DNA of 56,422 nt from a virus (taxonomy: Duplodnaviria; Caudoviricetes): positions 1 to 56,422 of the IMG/VR virus record IMGVR_UViG_3300021591_000001. The stretch is one strand, 5' to 3'. The notes beneath the pieces are model-generated. The model was not told the DNA's origin. It ran no database searches and saw only the letters and a program-made list of their open reading frames with translations. Position 1 is the stretch's first letter; each line of letters begins with the position of its first letter. A program made the translations under genes and the position numbers. Positions 38,244 to 47,164 of the stretch are shown here, in pieces.

Positions 38244-38654
38244 GACCTCTTGAACGAGCCTCTCCTGCTCCGCTCGCAGCTCCTCGTACGCCTCCTCCAG
38301 AAGCTGCAGGGTTGCTGGTTGACATTGCGAGAGGACCCACTGGCGCTGCTCGAGGGGAGTGGGTTCACGGCCGAAAGCGAGTTTAAACTGCTCCCTTATC
38401 TTTGACGGCATTTCTAAGGGCTCGCCGTCGATCCACTCGATCGCACGAGCTAAAATCTCACGACGGAGGGCGAGAGGCCGACCCAAAGTCTGATATCTGT
38501 CGGCCTCTCTAGAGGCGGCGAGTAGTTCCTCGTCAGATAGGAGGTGCAGCTTCACGGAAAGAGAAACTTCCTCTCCGCTTGGTAACCTCCCATGTATTTC
38601 GACGATCTTCTCAGGTAGCTTAAAAAGTTCAATCAGGATTTGAGATGCTCTCAT
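38133..38654 (-). CDS. Tail assembly chaperone (gpG-like)
   Basis: Lies between tube and tape measure; contains GTC AAA AAA AAA TTC. Confidence 0.75.
   Translation of the reverse strand: MRASQILIELFKLPEKIVEIHGRLPSGEEVSLSVKLHLLSDEELLAASREADRYQTLGRPLALRREILARAIEWIDGEPLEMPSKIREQFKLAFGREPTPLEQRQWVLSQCQPATLQLLEEAYEELRAEQERLVQEVKKKFSKQQEASPESENWLESFSASLEELSEEEPPQS
38235..38243 (-). other. Programmed -1 ribosomal frameshift site (A AAA AAA)
   Basis: A9 run in frame as three Lys codons; a -1 slip joins EVKKK to ILETTGSIPG, giving a fusion of about 234 aa. Confidence 0.75.
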
Positions 38655-38663
38655 GAGCTCATC

Positions 38664-39239
38664 CTATATGCTCAGTATAGGACGCTTTGAAGCAACCGCA
38701 TAAAAGTCGGTCAAGTTGTTGTGCTTGACAAACCTCACCTGTATTGTAGCAGTTTCAGCAACTTGTGCTGTCGTTTGATTCAACGTACGGTTAACGTTCG
38801 AGATCATGCAATCAACATAGGTGTTCTGCTCCAGAGCATCAGAGCCGGGTATATTACAAATCTCCTCGATCTCGAACGGTACCTTCATCCAGTTCAGGTC
38901 GAGGTTGCTTCCGAACGGAAAACCGAGAGCCGCTGTTAAGGGGCGTCGATAAAGAGCAATATGGTTTACTGCAATCTGCACGTCAGCGGGTGCCGGAACC
39001 ATCTCAAAAGGCCACCCGCCGTTATTCGCTATGCCGCGAAGGCGCACAATCTGTCGCGTCGAAGAAGGTGTAAACGATTGAAACGTGCCTACTGGGTGTC
39101 CGTTGACCTTCAAAGTGTAAGCGTAAAATACGCGTGCCGCAGTGGGTGGGACCAAAACCTCGTTAGCTACAGGGCCGGGAGGAGTGAACTCTTCGTAACT
39201 CTCCTGTATTCTATTGTTATCATCAGCATTCCAAAGCAT
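38664..39239 (-). CDS. Tail tube protein
   Basis: Follows the sheath; LKVNGHPVG..QSF, PFEIEE, YVDCMISN, VAETATIQV. Confidence 0.8.
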   Translation of the reverse strand: MLWNADDNNRIQESYEEFTPPGPVANEVLVPPTAARVFYAYTLKVNGHPVGTFQSFTPSSTRQIVRLRGIANNGGWPFEMVPAPADVQIAVNHIALYRRPLTAALGFPFGSNLDLNWMKVPFEIEEICNIPGSDALEQNTYVDCMISNVNRTLNQTTAQVAETATIQVRFVKHNNLTDFYAVASKRPILSI

Positions 39240-39251
39240 ATGAGTCCCTCC

Positions 39252-40754
39252 TTATACACCAAACATGAAAGTAACGTCGATCCAATTCGCAGGCCACAGC
39301 GGAAGGAGACTGAAGGAAACCGCTATGGTCCGCGGGTCATCGCTTGTCGAAACGTCGACGTTTTCAAAACCGCGAATAATGCCGCGAGACGTCAAGGTGG
39401 TCAACATCACATCAACATAGGCGGAAACCTCACTCAGTGTCGTCGAAGAAATCAACCGCCCCACAAACTGGTCGCTGAGAAGATTCAAACAATACTGCTT
39501 GACAAAGTCCTCGACCTCGGTAATGTTACCTTCCTGAGTTTCAGCCGCTGTAAGATCGGTTGTAATCCAATGGTTGCAGTAGACGAGGGAATCGCGCGTG
39601 TAAAAAACGGTTACACCATTACCACCCAATGTAATCCGGTCCTGTTTCGAAATGGTACGCTCGAGAGTAAGACCTGAAACGATCTGGTTCGTGATGGTCT
39701 TGGACGCTTTGTCCAGGCCGCATATCTTTCCAGCTGCAGCAGCGGCAAGCAAAGTGCCATTCAATGTAAGCGTCGTCGAGGTGTAACCCTGCTTCACAGA
39801 CCTGGTGATAACGTCGGGAGCGATCACTGTAAAACGTCGCGTCTCAGGGGATCCAACGTTTCTCACAAAGTTAGCCAAGCTTTGTGCGGAGGTGAGCATC
39901 GCGCTCTTGTCGCTGGCGGTTAGCACTCCGAAGAGGGCAACACGCCATCGCGCTTCAGTCGAGGTTGACGCGTTGCGGACGCTCGTGATAGTGGGTAGCA
40001 CAATGTTGGTGTGATAAAATGACTCAGTGATCACTGAAGTCGTCGGCAGGACAGGAACAACAATGCGGCACTGCTCCAGAGGTACCTCATCTAGCTTCTC
40101 GATGGCGGTTTCGAAGGCAGTCGTCCAATCGGATTCCGAAAGGGAGCTGAAGCCGTCGCCCGGAAGAGGATTGGCCTCCCCGAAGTCAAGCTGTATAATT
40201 CCTACAGCAGGTGCGCCATTGGCAAAAGCCAAAGCCCCCGCAACAGAAACGAGGTTCTCAGCACTTTCTCCGCCATGGGCAAGCTGCAGGTCCGTGAGAT
40301 TGTAGTACACGGTAAAGTCGTAGCGGCTTGATGGGGCGCTCGCGTAGTAGGTAACGTAAACATCATCGGTATCCGAGAGTCCTTGCGTGTTACCACCTCC
40401 GGAAACTGCAAAAGTCAGCGTCTTAGGAGAGGACGTATCATCATACGTCGCTTCAATGCTATACGATGAATTCGTACACGCTCCTCCGATCGCAGTGTCG
40501 TAGTCAAAAAGATCGTTACCGCCAGATGCTGTACCCGCGCGAAGAAGTCGTACGCAGTCATCCGGGAGGTCGATTGATGTAGTTTCGCTTTCCGCGAGAT
40601 TCAGATCAACATTATTGTAGGTTGCCGTTTTGAGTTCGACGTTGGAGCCAGGGCCGATGAACACGGGGATACGGAAGCCAGGAGAAACGGCAGGTATCCC
40701 TCTGTTGATCGTACGCTCCACATAAACACCCGGTACGCGGTAATTACTCAGCAT
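39252..40754 (-). CDS. Contractile tail sheath protein
   Basis: YRVPGVYVE N-terminus, AFANGA, AAAAAG, C-terminal DPRTIAVSFSLLPLWPANWIDVTF. Confidence 0.9.
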   Translation of the reverse strand: MLSNYRVPGVYVERTINRGIPAVSPGFRIPVFIGPGSNVELKTATYNNVDLNLAESETTSIDLPDDCVRLLRAGTASGGNDLFDYDTAIGGACTNSSYSIEATYDDTSSPKTLTFAVSGGGNTQGLSDTDDVYVTYYASAPSSRYDFTVYYNLTDLQLAHGGESAENLVSVAGALAFANGAPAVGIIQLDFGEANPLPGDGFSSLSESDWTTAFETAIEKLDEVPLEQCRIVVPVLPTTSVITESFYHTNIVLPTITSVRNASTSTEARWRVALFGVLTASDKSAMLTSAQSLANFVRNVGSPETRRFTVIAPDVITRSVKQGYTSTTLTLNGTLLAAAAAGKICGLDKASKTITNQIVSGLTLERTISKQDRITLGGNGVTVFYTRDSLVYCNHWITTDLTAAETQEGNITEVEDFVKQYCLNLLSDQFVGRLISSTTLSEVSAYVDVMLTTLTSRGIIRGFENVDVSTSDDPRTIAVSFSLLPLWPANWIDVTFMFGV

Positions 40755-40793
40755 CGCTTAAACTCCTCCTTTAAAAGCCTGAAATTTCGCCGG

Positions 40794-41360
40794 CTAAAGC
40801 ACTACAATCTGAGAAATTGTGTCCCTCCTGACCAGAATGCGGAAATCAGCTGTCAGTGAAACTGAAAGTCTCGTTATCCAAACACTCTCCTGTTCAGGAG
40901 CTCCTGGAGCTTTGCCGGCTTCTGCAACACTAATATCGTTGGAAAGTAACATCAGATAGTCGTTGTAAATTTGTTCTCTCAAAAGAGTAAGCAAGAAGGC
41001 AGCCCTGTCAGCTATGAGCTGCTGCGTCTTCTGCGAATTCGAGGCGCAAAGGAGCTCTAGGGTGAACGCACCCTGCCCGCCGCGAACCTCGTAGGTTGCA
41101 CCAACCTCCCCGAACTCACCTGTAGTGTCTTGAAGTTCTGAAATCAACCCACCTATCGTGATATCAATGGCACGTCCCCTAGCGTTTTGTGTCACTATTG
41201 CAGGCAAAAGGCGACTATCCCACTCTTCGGCGTCGACAACGTGAACTTGCGGTATCTCCAGCCACTCGTAGCCATCGTAGACACGAACTGCCTCTTCAAA
41301 ATATGGCTTCAACACCTTTATAATGTTCTGCCGTGCACGCCTCGTAAACTGATAAACCAC
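40794..41360 (-). CDS. Tail completion/terminator protein
   Basis: Upstream of the sheath; LPAIV motif; called from size and position. Confidence 0.55.
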   Translation of the reverse strand: MVYQFTRRARQNIIKVLKPYFEEAVRVYDGYEWLEIPQVHVVDAEEWDSRLLPAIVTQNARGRAIDITIGGLISELQDTTGEFGEVGATYEVRGGQGAFTLELLCASNSQKTQQLIADRAAFLLTLLREQIYNDYLMLLSNDISVAEAGKAPGAPEQESVWITRLSVSLTADFRILVRRDTISQIVVL

Positions 41361-41557
41361 TGCAAGGCCTCCTCAATTGCAAGTTTGAAAGCCTCCCTAT
41401 CTAGTAAACCACTAACAACAAAGTCTACTTTCCCCCCATCAAAACCCACGCGTTCAACACGCACTCCAAAATCTTCCAAAAGAGAACCTACCCTTTGCCA
41501 AAACTCGCCTTGCTCGAAGGCTTTCAAATATGTGTCCAAAACTCCCTCAACCCTCAT
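41318..41557 (-). CDS. Small hypothetical protein
   Basis: 79 aa in operon orientation, overlapping the next gene. Confidence 0.45.
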   Translation of the reverse strand: MRVEGVLDTYLKAFEQGEFWQRVGSLLEDFGVRVERVGFDGGKVDFVVSGLLDREAFKLAIEEALQWFISLRGVHGRTL

Positions 41558-41573
41558 CTCATTATCCTTAAAA

Positions 41574-41760
41574 GTTGCTAGTCCAAAGGAAAGCTATATT
41601 AGGACTTACGCAGTTGCCTGCGCTTCCCTGCGTACCGCTCCGAAGAGCGGTAGAGGCAGAGCCACCAGGAGCACCCACGACCCCCTGCCCGCTGAAAGAG
41701 ACTGTCGTCTCACAAACAACTTCCTGCTCTCCCCTAACGAACCCTTCGTCCCTTCCAGCG
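41574..41760 (-). ncRNA. Putative omega-RNA scaffold overlapping the tnpB 3' end
   Basis: Hairpin TACCGCTC-TTCG-GAGCGGTA (41633-41652), AGTCC/GGACT stem, terminal CAAC; this is the expected omega-RNA position. Boundaries uncertain. Confidence 0.45.
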
Positions 41761-42892
41761 GAAGTTGTTTCTTGCCCCGCCGAGCTATGTTCCGCGCTGC
41801 CACCGCATGGCGGTTCATCCTCAACCCACAGCGACACACCAGTTCCTCTCGCCCCCTTAGGCTCTCCCCGCATACCGGGCAAGTCTGACTGGTGTAGGCG
41901 GGATTCACTTCTATCATAGGTACACCGTATACCTCCGCCTTGTCCTTCAGAAGGCGAAGAAACCTCCGAATGCTCCACTGATTGAGCAACCGACGCCGCA
42001 TCCGCTTCGGCTTCCCCCTTATCCGTCCCTTCAATCCCTTGAGATCCTCTACCACCAACGCTCCCCCACAGGACAGCGCCATCCAGATTAGCCTCAAGGC
42101 GACCGCGTGCCAGAAGGCTTCCGTTTTCTGCCGCCGAAGCGCTCCGTGCTTGCGCTGTATTTTCGCTTTAGCCTTCGGATTGTGCTTCCCCCGGCATCCC
42201 CGCTGAATGCGCTTGTCGTGCTCGGCGTTCACCAGGGGAACATATGCAGTATCCAGTTTACACTCTCCGCCGGCCTCAATGAAGACATCCAGGCTTCTCT
42301 CGTTGCTGTCCACCCCAATCAGGGTCCGAGGCGCGTAAGGGGATAGGTCGGGAAACTTCAACGGGATTATCAGCCGGCTCCGGCTCAAGGTCGGCTCGCC
42401 CCAGTCGCATTCCCCCCGTGCCCATGCCTCCACATATCGCCGGTACTTGTGATGCGGCCGAAAGCGAAGCACAACAGGCGCTTTGTCCCTCGCCAAAACC
42501 CTAATACGAACCGTTAAGTACTCCCCGTCCCACTCCCAGCGGAAAGTGCTCTTGTCCACGTAAACCCAAACCTTTTTGATTCGAGGCCGCTCACTTCCCT
42601 TGTCTCCTTCTTTCTCTCCTTCCCCCTTCCTCCTCCTTTTCCTCTGCCGGCGTTGGAACGCATGGACGATGGCCGCCGCAGTGCGTGTCGCCTTCTGCGC
42701 CCAGCAGGAATGTAACTTCGGAAACTGCTCCCGAAAGGTGGGATAGAGGGCCTTCACGATGGTGTGCGTGGAAGTCTTCCTATTGTCCAGTGCCCACTTG
42801 ACGGCCTGCTGGGTCATTTGCCCACAGGCGTCAAGGAGATGGTTTATCTTTTCGTTCGGCTTAAAAGTAAACCTGAGGGCTACGGTAGGCAT
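41606..42892 (-). CDS. tnpB: TnpB/Cas12f-like RNA-guided nuclease with non-canonical RuvC-III
   Basis: RuvC-I LIGVDSN, RuvC-II LVVEDLKG, VNPAYTSQTCPVCG...CRCG, RuvC-III MNRHAVAARNI. Confidence 0.9.
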   Translation of the reverse strand: MPTVALRFTFKPNEKINHLLDACGQMTQQAVKWALDNRKTSTHTIVKALYPTFREQFPKLHSCWAQKATRTAAAIVHAFQRRQRKRRRKGEGEKEGDKGSERPRIKKVWVYVDKSTFRWEWDGEYLTVRIRVLARDKAPVVLRFRPHHKYRRYVEAWARGECDWGEPTLSRSRLIIPLKFPDLSPYAPRTLIGVDSNERSLDVFIEAGGECKLDTAYVPLVNAEHDKRIQRGCRGKHNPKAKAKIQRKHGALRRQKTEAFWHAVALRLIWMALSCGGALVVEDLKGLKGRIRGKPKRMRRRLLNQWSIRRFLRLLKDKAEVYGVPMIEVNPAYTSQTCPVCGESLRGREELVCRCGLRMNRHAVAARNIARRGKKQLPLEGTKGSLGESRKLFVRRQSLSAGRGSWVLLVALPLPLFGAVRREAQATA

Positions 42893-42910
42893 GGTTTCCT
42901 CCCTTTCCTA

Positions 42911-42939
42911 AGGATACCACAACCTGTTCCGCCCGTCAT
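42911..42939 (-). promoter_or_regulatory. Putative sigma70-type promoter of tnpB
   Basis: ATGACG-17 bp-TATCCT with an extended TG, followed by an AAGGGAGG RBS. Confidence 0.4.
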
Positions 42940-43856
42940 AATTCCAACTTATATATAATGTGGTTTGGCTGAATAAGTTGCAGTCTAAACTTCTGGTGTA
43001 GGATTTCTGGCTCTGTGAAAGTACTGTTTTGTCGCACCGTCGAAAACTGATGTTCTGTGACCCAATATCTTAAATAACTCTCCCCGTAGCGCCGTTCAAC
43101 CCTACCTCCGTAGAAGGACTCAGCGTCTACTTTACGGACGATGACATCCCAATCTCGGAGGCGTGGCTCAGGACCTGTCCACGACATGTTAACAGTTTCA
43201 ACGACAATACCTAAGTCAGTGACACGCACTCGCTGTGTAGTGATAGGTACTCTTATGAGAATAGTATTAGCCGGTTTCAAAAGTTGTCTGCCGAAGTATT
43301 CTGCTGGACAAGTGTACACATCGTAGCCACCCACAATACCAGTACCGTAACAAATAGGGCATTCTCCAGCTTGCGGTCTGAACGCGATATCACTTTCAGG
43401 ATCAACACACCGACACACCTCTTCGTAAGAGTACGTGATCGTATGTCCTGCAGGTGAGAAGGGAAGGTAAACATAAACCTTTTCATCCTCAGCACTGCTT
43501 GTCGCCTCACCCTTAGCGACATAGAGGAAGTATGTGCCGCCTTGAAGCTGCCTCAAAGACGGTGCACGCTCCAACTCAGTACCATCACAAAAAACGGAGA
43601 AGCGTTTCAGATGCGGACGTCCTAGCCGTTGCGAGTAGTCAACCTCACCAACGTAGACGGGTAGGGACGTTTTTTGTAGTGGGTTTTGCAGATCAGCGAT
43701 CTCAACTTTCTGCGTCGAAAAATCCGAAATCACTCCGGTAACAGTTTCGCCACGCCACCTCCGCCGCAAGAGTATCACAGGTTCATGCGCCTGTCTCTGA
43801 AGGAGGCCGTTGAAGTAACGAATTGTGTCGAGAAAACGCTGGTTTAAAAGTCTCAT
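42936..43856 (-). CDS. Neck/head-closure protein with zinc motif
   Basis: EPVILLRRRWRG...CRC...CPICYGTGIVGGY...WTGPEPRLRDWDVIV...HQKFRL pattern of large-myovirus neck proteins. Confidence 0.6.
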   Translation of the reverse strand: MRLLNQRFLDTIRYFNGLLQRQAHEPVILLRRRWRGETVTGVISDFSTQKVEIADLQNPLQKTSLPVYVGEVDYSQRLGRPHLKRFSVFCDGTELERAPSLRQLQGGTYFLYVAKGEATSSAEDEKVYVYLPFSPAGHTITYSYEEVCRCVDPESDIAFRPQAGECPICYGTGIVGGYDVYTCPAEYFGRQLLKPANTILIRVPITTQRVRVTDLGIVVETVNMSWTGPEPRLRDWDVIVRKVDAESFYGGRVERRYGESYLRYWVTEHQFSTVRQNSTFTEPEILHQKFRLQLIQPNHIIYKLEL

Positions 43857-43861
43857 CTAGA

Positions 43862-44677
43862 TCACCGACCGAAAACGTTTTCCAAAGCAGGGATCATCGA
43901 TAGTGGTCGTCGTATAGAAAGCGGCGCTCTCACGTGCTTGATTCCCTTCCACGGCGTCGACAATCCGATGTACCTCTTCAGAGACTTCTTGCCCTGAGCA
44001 TACTGAGTCAGGAGCATTTGCGCCGGGGACATATAACCTTGTGACCTTGCAAGGGTAACAGAAAGCCCGTTGTCGTTGTAGGTGAAATGGTTTCCCGCTT
44101 CCAAAACAGAACGCGCGATGAGAGCCATTACAGCGCCACCCATAACTACAATGTTGTACGCCTCAGGAGGCAAAGTTTCAAACGTAAAAGAGGTCCAAAA
44201 CGGAGGACTGCCGTTGAAATCGAGAAGCGCAAAATACAAGAAAGCGTAAAGTTCCTCATCGTCCCAATGCTCTATTGGCTCGTCCACACGGAAAAGATAA
44301 GGCTTATTGTCACGCAAAAAAAGTCTCAAACCGTCTATGAGAGTTTTAACCGTCGGAGAATAAAGGGGCGGTTCAACAACAGAAAAGTGAATCTCGCGGT
44401 TCTCAGTCTGGAAGTCGGTGAAATTAAGCTCGAAGATCGCCACATAGTCCCCCGCCGTATCAGTTGAAGAGAAACGGTAGACAAGTTGCGGGGAGTCGCC
44501 CACAGCAACCTCACTCCGTGGTACAACCTCTGTAAACGTGCCATCAACCTCAGCACGTAAAACACGAACAAATACGGAGTTCGGTATGTTCATCTCGCCA
44601 GTTTCAGGATCTGTCAGCGACAAAGTAATGACAACCTCGCCGCCTGTGTAGCAGTACGGGCGCTTACTCAAGGCCAT
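43862..44677 (-). CDS. Head-tail adaptor (neck 1) with N-terminal Ig-like domain
   Basis: LRLFLRD...WDDEEL...ALLDFNGSPP...FTYNDNGLSV. Confidence 0.6.
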   Translation of the reverse strand: MALSKRPYCYTGGEVVITLSLTDPETGEMNIPNSVFVRVLRAEVDGTFTEVVPRSEVAVGDSPQLVYRFSSTDTAGDYVAIFELNFTDFQTENREIHFSVVEPPLYSPTVKTLIDGLRLFLRDNKPYLFRVDEPIEHWDDEELYAFLYFALLDFNGSPPFWTSFTFETLPPEAYNIVVMGGAVMALIARSVLEAGNHFTYNDNGLSVTLARSQGYMSPAQMLLTQYAQGKKSLKRYIGLSTPWKGIKHVRAPLSIRRPLSMIPALENVFGR

Positions 44678-44987
44678 TCAAAAACTCCTCAATCACAGCA
44701 GTTTCCTCGTTCAAACTTAGCTCTTGCGACAAAACGAACAAGTCGTAAACAACTTCCTTACCACCAGCCACATAAAGAGGGTGAAGCAGTTCCGCTAAAT
44801 TATCCGCTGTGAGGGTACGTAAAAGGTCTTTCGTTTCGAAGGTTAGAGCTTTCAGCTTTCCATCGTCACATGCTTTCAATAGCTCCTCCGTCAAAGGTAA
44901 ACGTTTCTCACTGCCAGGAAGAAGATGCACCACCTCGCCATCGTTCACCAGAACCAGCCTGGACTGAGTTTCGTTCTTGACAATCAC
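44664..44987 (-). CDS. Small head-module protein, paralogue family member
   Basis: MIVKNET...LLPGSE...LLKACDDGKL. Confidence 0.55.
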   Translation of the reverse strand: MIVKNETQSRLVLVNDGEVVHLLPGSEKRLPLTEELLKACDDGKLKALTFETKDLLRTLTADNLAELLHPLYVAGGKEVVYDLFVLSQELSLNEETAVIEEFLNGLE

Positions 44988-45478
44988 ATTCCTCTCCTCC
45001 TTCGTTCAATCAAAAACGCCTGCTTTTTCAAACTTTCAAGGCGCATGGAAAGCCTCTTAATCGTTTGCACAAGCTCTAGAGGTTCGAGAAAGGCTCCGCA
45101 CTTGGGACAAAACCACCCATCCTCCCGCATATGTAAATCCTCATCGCACTCTCCGCACTTCAAAAACAACTTGCAAGAACCCCGTTCAAAAACAACGCCA
45201 AGGTTAAGAATTGGTGTTTGCTTAACCTCTCTTCGTACACGATCCATATCGAGGTCGCTAGGAGGGCGTAAAAGCTCACTAACAGGATTCGGACAAACCA
45301 AAAGCCCTGAGGTAAGCGCTTCTCGAAGCTTCCGCGAATGCGGCACTTCGTCAGGAAAACAAAGATCACTAAGATCGACTTCCTCGCCAGGTCTAATGCG
45401 GAGAGGAGTCCTCAAATCCTTGTGTAACAAATCGTCCAAAACAACAAAATCGTCGCTAACGTTTTTAACCTTCATCAC
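44984..45478 (-). CDS. Small head-module paralogue with C-terminal zinc ribbon
   Basis: VKNVSDDFVVLDD...IRPGEEVDL...LREALTSGLL; CGEC...CPKC. Confidence 0.6.
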   Translation of the reverse strand: MMKVKNVSDDFVVLDDLLHKDLRTPLRIRPGEEVDLSDLCFPDEVPHSRKLREALTSGLLVCPNPVSELLRPPSDLDMDRVRREVKQTPILNLGVVFERGSCKLFLKCGECDEDLHMREDGWFCPKCGAFLEPLELVQTIKRLSMRLESLKKQAFLIERRRRGM

Positions 45479-45786
45479 TCACCCACCACAAGCTCTGTCG
45501 GTGAAGCCACATGAAACTTCACCATAGCTCTGCAAAGCTCTAAATAAAGTTGATCAAGAAACTGTTTCGCACTTACCTGATCTTCAAACTTCCAAATTTC
45601 AAAACGCTTGCGTATTGGATGAAACACAATCGAATGATTACACCTGAAAAACAGTTCTGAAAGGTTTAAAGCGGTCTTCGGAGGCACATAAACTGTGTTC
45701 CGAAATCTCAAAACGAGAATAAAGTTTGTTCTATTTATCAACACAGCTTTCCGCAGGTCAAGCTTGTCAAGCTCTTTACGGCTCAT
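45475..45786 (-). CDS. Small head-module protein, possible paralogue
   Basis: LINRTNFILVL...VPPKTALNL. Confidence 0.5.
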   Translation of the reverse strand: MSRKELDKLDLRKAVLINRTNFILVLRFRNTVYVPPKTALNLSELFFRCNHSIVFHPIRKRFEIWKFEDQVSAKQFLDQLYLELCRAMVKFHVASPTELVVGE

Positions 45787-46615
45787 AGCGAACGCCTACA
45801 GGTTCAAAACGAGGTAAAAGGAAAAACTCTCCCAAACCCCTCTCAATCACCTCTAGGCCTATTTCTTCAGGCTTTTGCCCAGAGGAAAAAATAGCAAAAA
45901 CAAAACCCCCGCCTCCCGCACCACAAACCTTGGCAAAAAGCGCTCTTTTTTCCAAAAAAGTGAGTACCTCCTCCACACCTTGTAAACTTTCAGGAGCGAA
46001 ACTCTTTTGTATTTGCCACGCCTCTTTCAAAGAGGAAATGATTTCGTCTTGGTCCGATGTTCTAAAAGCGTCAAAAACAGCACGAGTCGCCTTTTCAAGG
46101 TCGCTGAGAAGATGCTTGCGATGGTTGAACTCGGCGTAAACCTTACTATGCACTTCCGACGATACTCGACTGTGAGTAAACACCAAAAGGGACTGCTCAG
46201 CAATAAAGTGTGGAAATGGCATTTTGAAGACATCAAAGTCCATACCCTCAAAGGTGAAGAAATTGAAGCCGCCGTACGCAGCAGCCAAGTGATCCTGCAA
46301 ACCACAAAGTGCACCGGTCGCCCTCTCCTTGAGAAAAGCGCGCAACGCGATGTCACGCGCACTAGTTCTGTCCTCAAGAAAAGCAGCAACAACAAAACGT
46401 GCAGCAGAACTTCCTAAACCCGCCTCAGACGGAAGATCTTGGGTAAACGTCTTACCATCTCCCTCAACAAAGGACGAAATGGTAAAGGAGCAAACAGCAC
46501 CAGGTATCTCAGCGGAAAACTCGGGTATGTCTGTCCACGCTCCAGCTAGATCCACCCTGAGGGGAGCTTTTGCTCTATTTTTTGCTTCTCCTGACTCTGT
46601 CCGCGAGCGGATCAC
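45776..46615 (-). CDS. GHMP-family sugar kinase (HddA heptose-7-phosphate kinase/fucokinase-like)
   Basis: APLRVDLAGAWTD, LPSEAGLGSSAA, GLQDHLAAAYGGFN, KVCGAGGGGF; start uncertain. Confidence 0.88.
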   Translation of the reverse strand: MIRSRTESGEAKNRAKAPLRVDLAGAWTDIPEFSAEIPGAVCSFTISSFVEGDGKTFTQDLPSEAGLGSSAARFVVAAFLEDRTSARDIALRAFLKERATGALCGLQDHLAAAYGGFNFFTFEGMDFDVFKMPFPHFIAEQSLLVFTHSRVSSEVHSKVYAEFNHRKHLLSDLEKATRAVFDAFRTSDQDEIISSLKEAWQIQKSFAPESLQGVEEVLTFLEKRALFAKVCGAGGGGFVFAIFSSGQKPEEIGLEVIERGLGEFFLLPRFEPVGVRYEP

Positions 46616-47060
46616 GGGACAACCTCCTCAGCTTCTCCTCCTCCTTCTCTTCCTTTTCTATCAGCTCCACCAGCTTCTCATCGAAAATGTTAGGAGGAGC
46701 TTCGAAGGAGTTCGAAAGAAATTCAGGCTCTTCAAAATCGTACGACTCAGGCGAATCTGCTATCCTTACCAAACCTTGCGCGTAAGCCGTAGCAAGAGAC
46801 ATACTGGACTTGATCTGCTTCGGTTCGAAAAAGCGAAGTAGGTCAAGAGACTTGCCAGGAGGTAGTCGTAAAGGGAACCCTTGCGAGACGTTTGGTACTG
46901 AACCATAGAAAAGATCTGCAAAAATGATAATGCGTCTGCCGGGGTTGACGACATAAAGAGGCTTACCTTCGGCAGCACGCTTGTCAACCTCTTTAGCTAG
47001 TTTTTCCAAAGCCTCTATATCTCGAAAAGTAGCGTCTTCTCGCCTTTCGGTTTCGAGCAT
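46575..47060 (-). CDS. Head-module protein, paralogue family member
   Basis: YVVNPGRRIIIFADL...LPPGKSLDL...SLATAYAQGLV; AGGAGG RBS. Confidence 0.6.
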   Translation of the reverse strand: MLETERREDATFRDIEALEKLAKEVDKRAAEGKPLYVVNPGRRIIIFADLFYGSVPNVSQGFPLRLPPGKSLDLLRFFEPKQIKSSMSLATAYAQGLVRIADSPESYDFEEPEFLSNSFEAPPNIFDEKLVELIEKEEKEEEKLRRLSRDPLADRVRRSKK

Positions 47061-47164
47061 AGCACAAAACCTCCTAAAGTTTTTTCGGAAAAATTATAGG
47101 GGTGGGGTACCCATCCCTGGCAAGTGAAAAGACGAACTTTCGTTGCTTTGGCACATAAGAACTC

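Larger units (their letters stand above)
41574..42941 (-). mobile_element. Solo tnpB (IS1341-like, IS200/IS605 superfamily) element without tnpA; ends approximate
   Basis: Visibly GC-richer than its flanks; interrupts the neck operon. Joining ...AAG TTG GAA to TTT TAA would give the upstream gene a clean stop. Confidence 0.6.

Noticed and set aside
41558-41620. CRISPR array or Cas12f system next to tnpB
   Set aside because: Only two GCAAC pentamers are present; there are no repeat-spacer units and no cas genes.
41574-42941. IStron (group I intron fused to tnpB), or TnpB guide aimed at the capsid intron site
   Set aside because: There is no intron core around tnpB (only about 45 bp upstream), and the 3' flank does not match the capsid exon junction.
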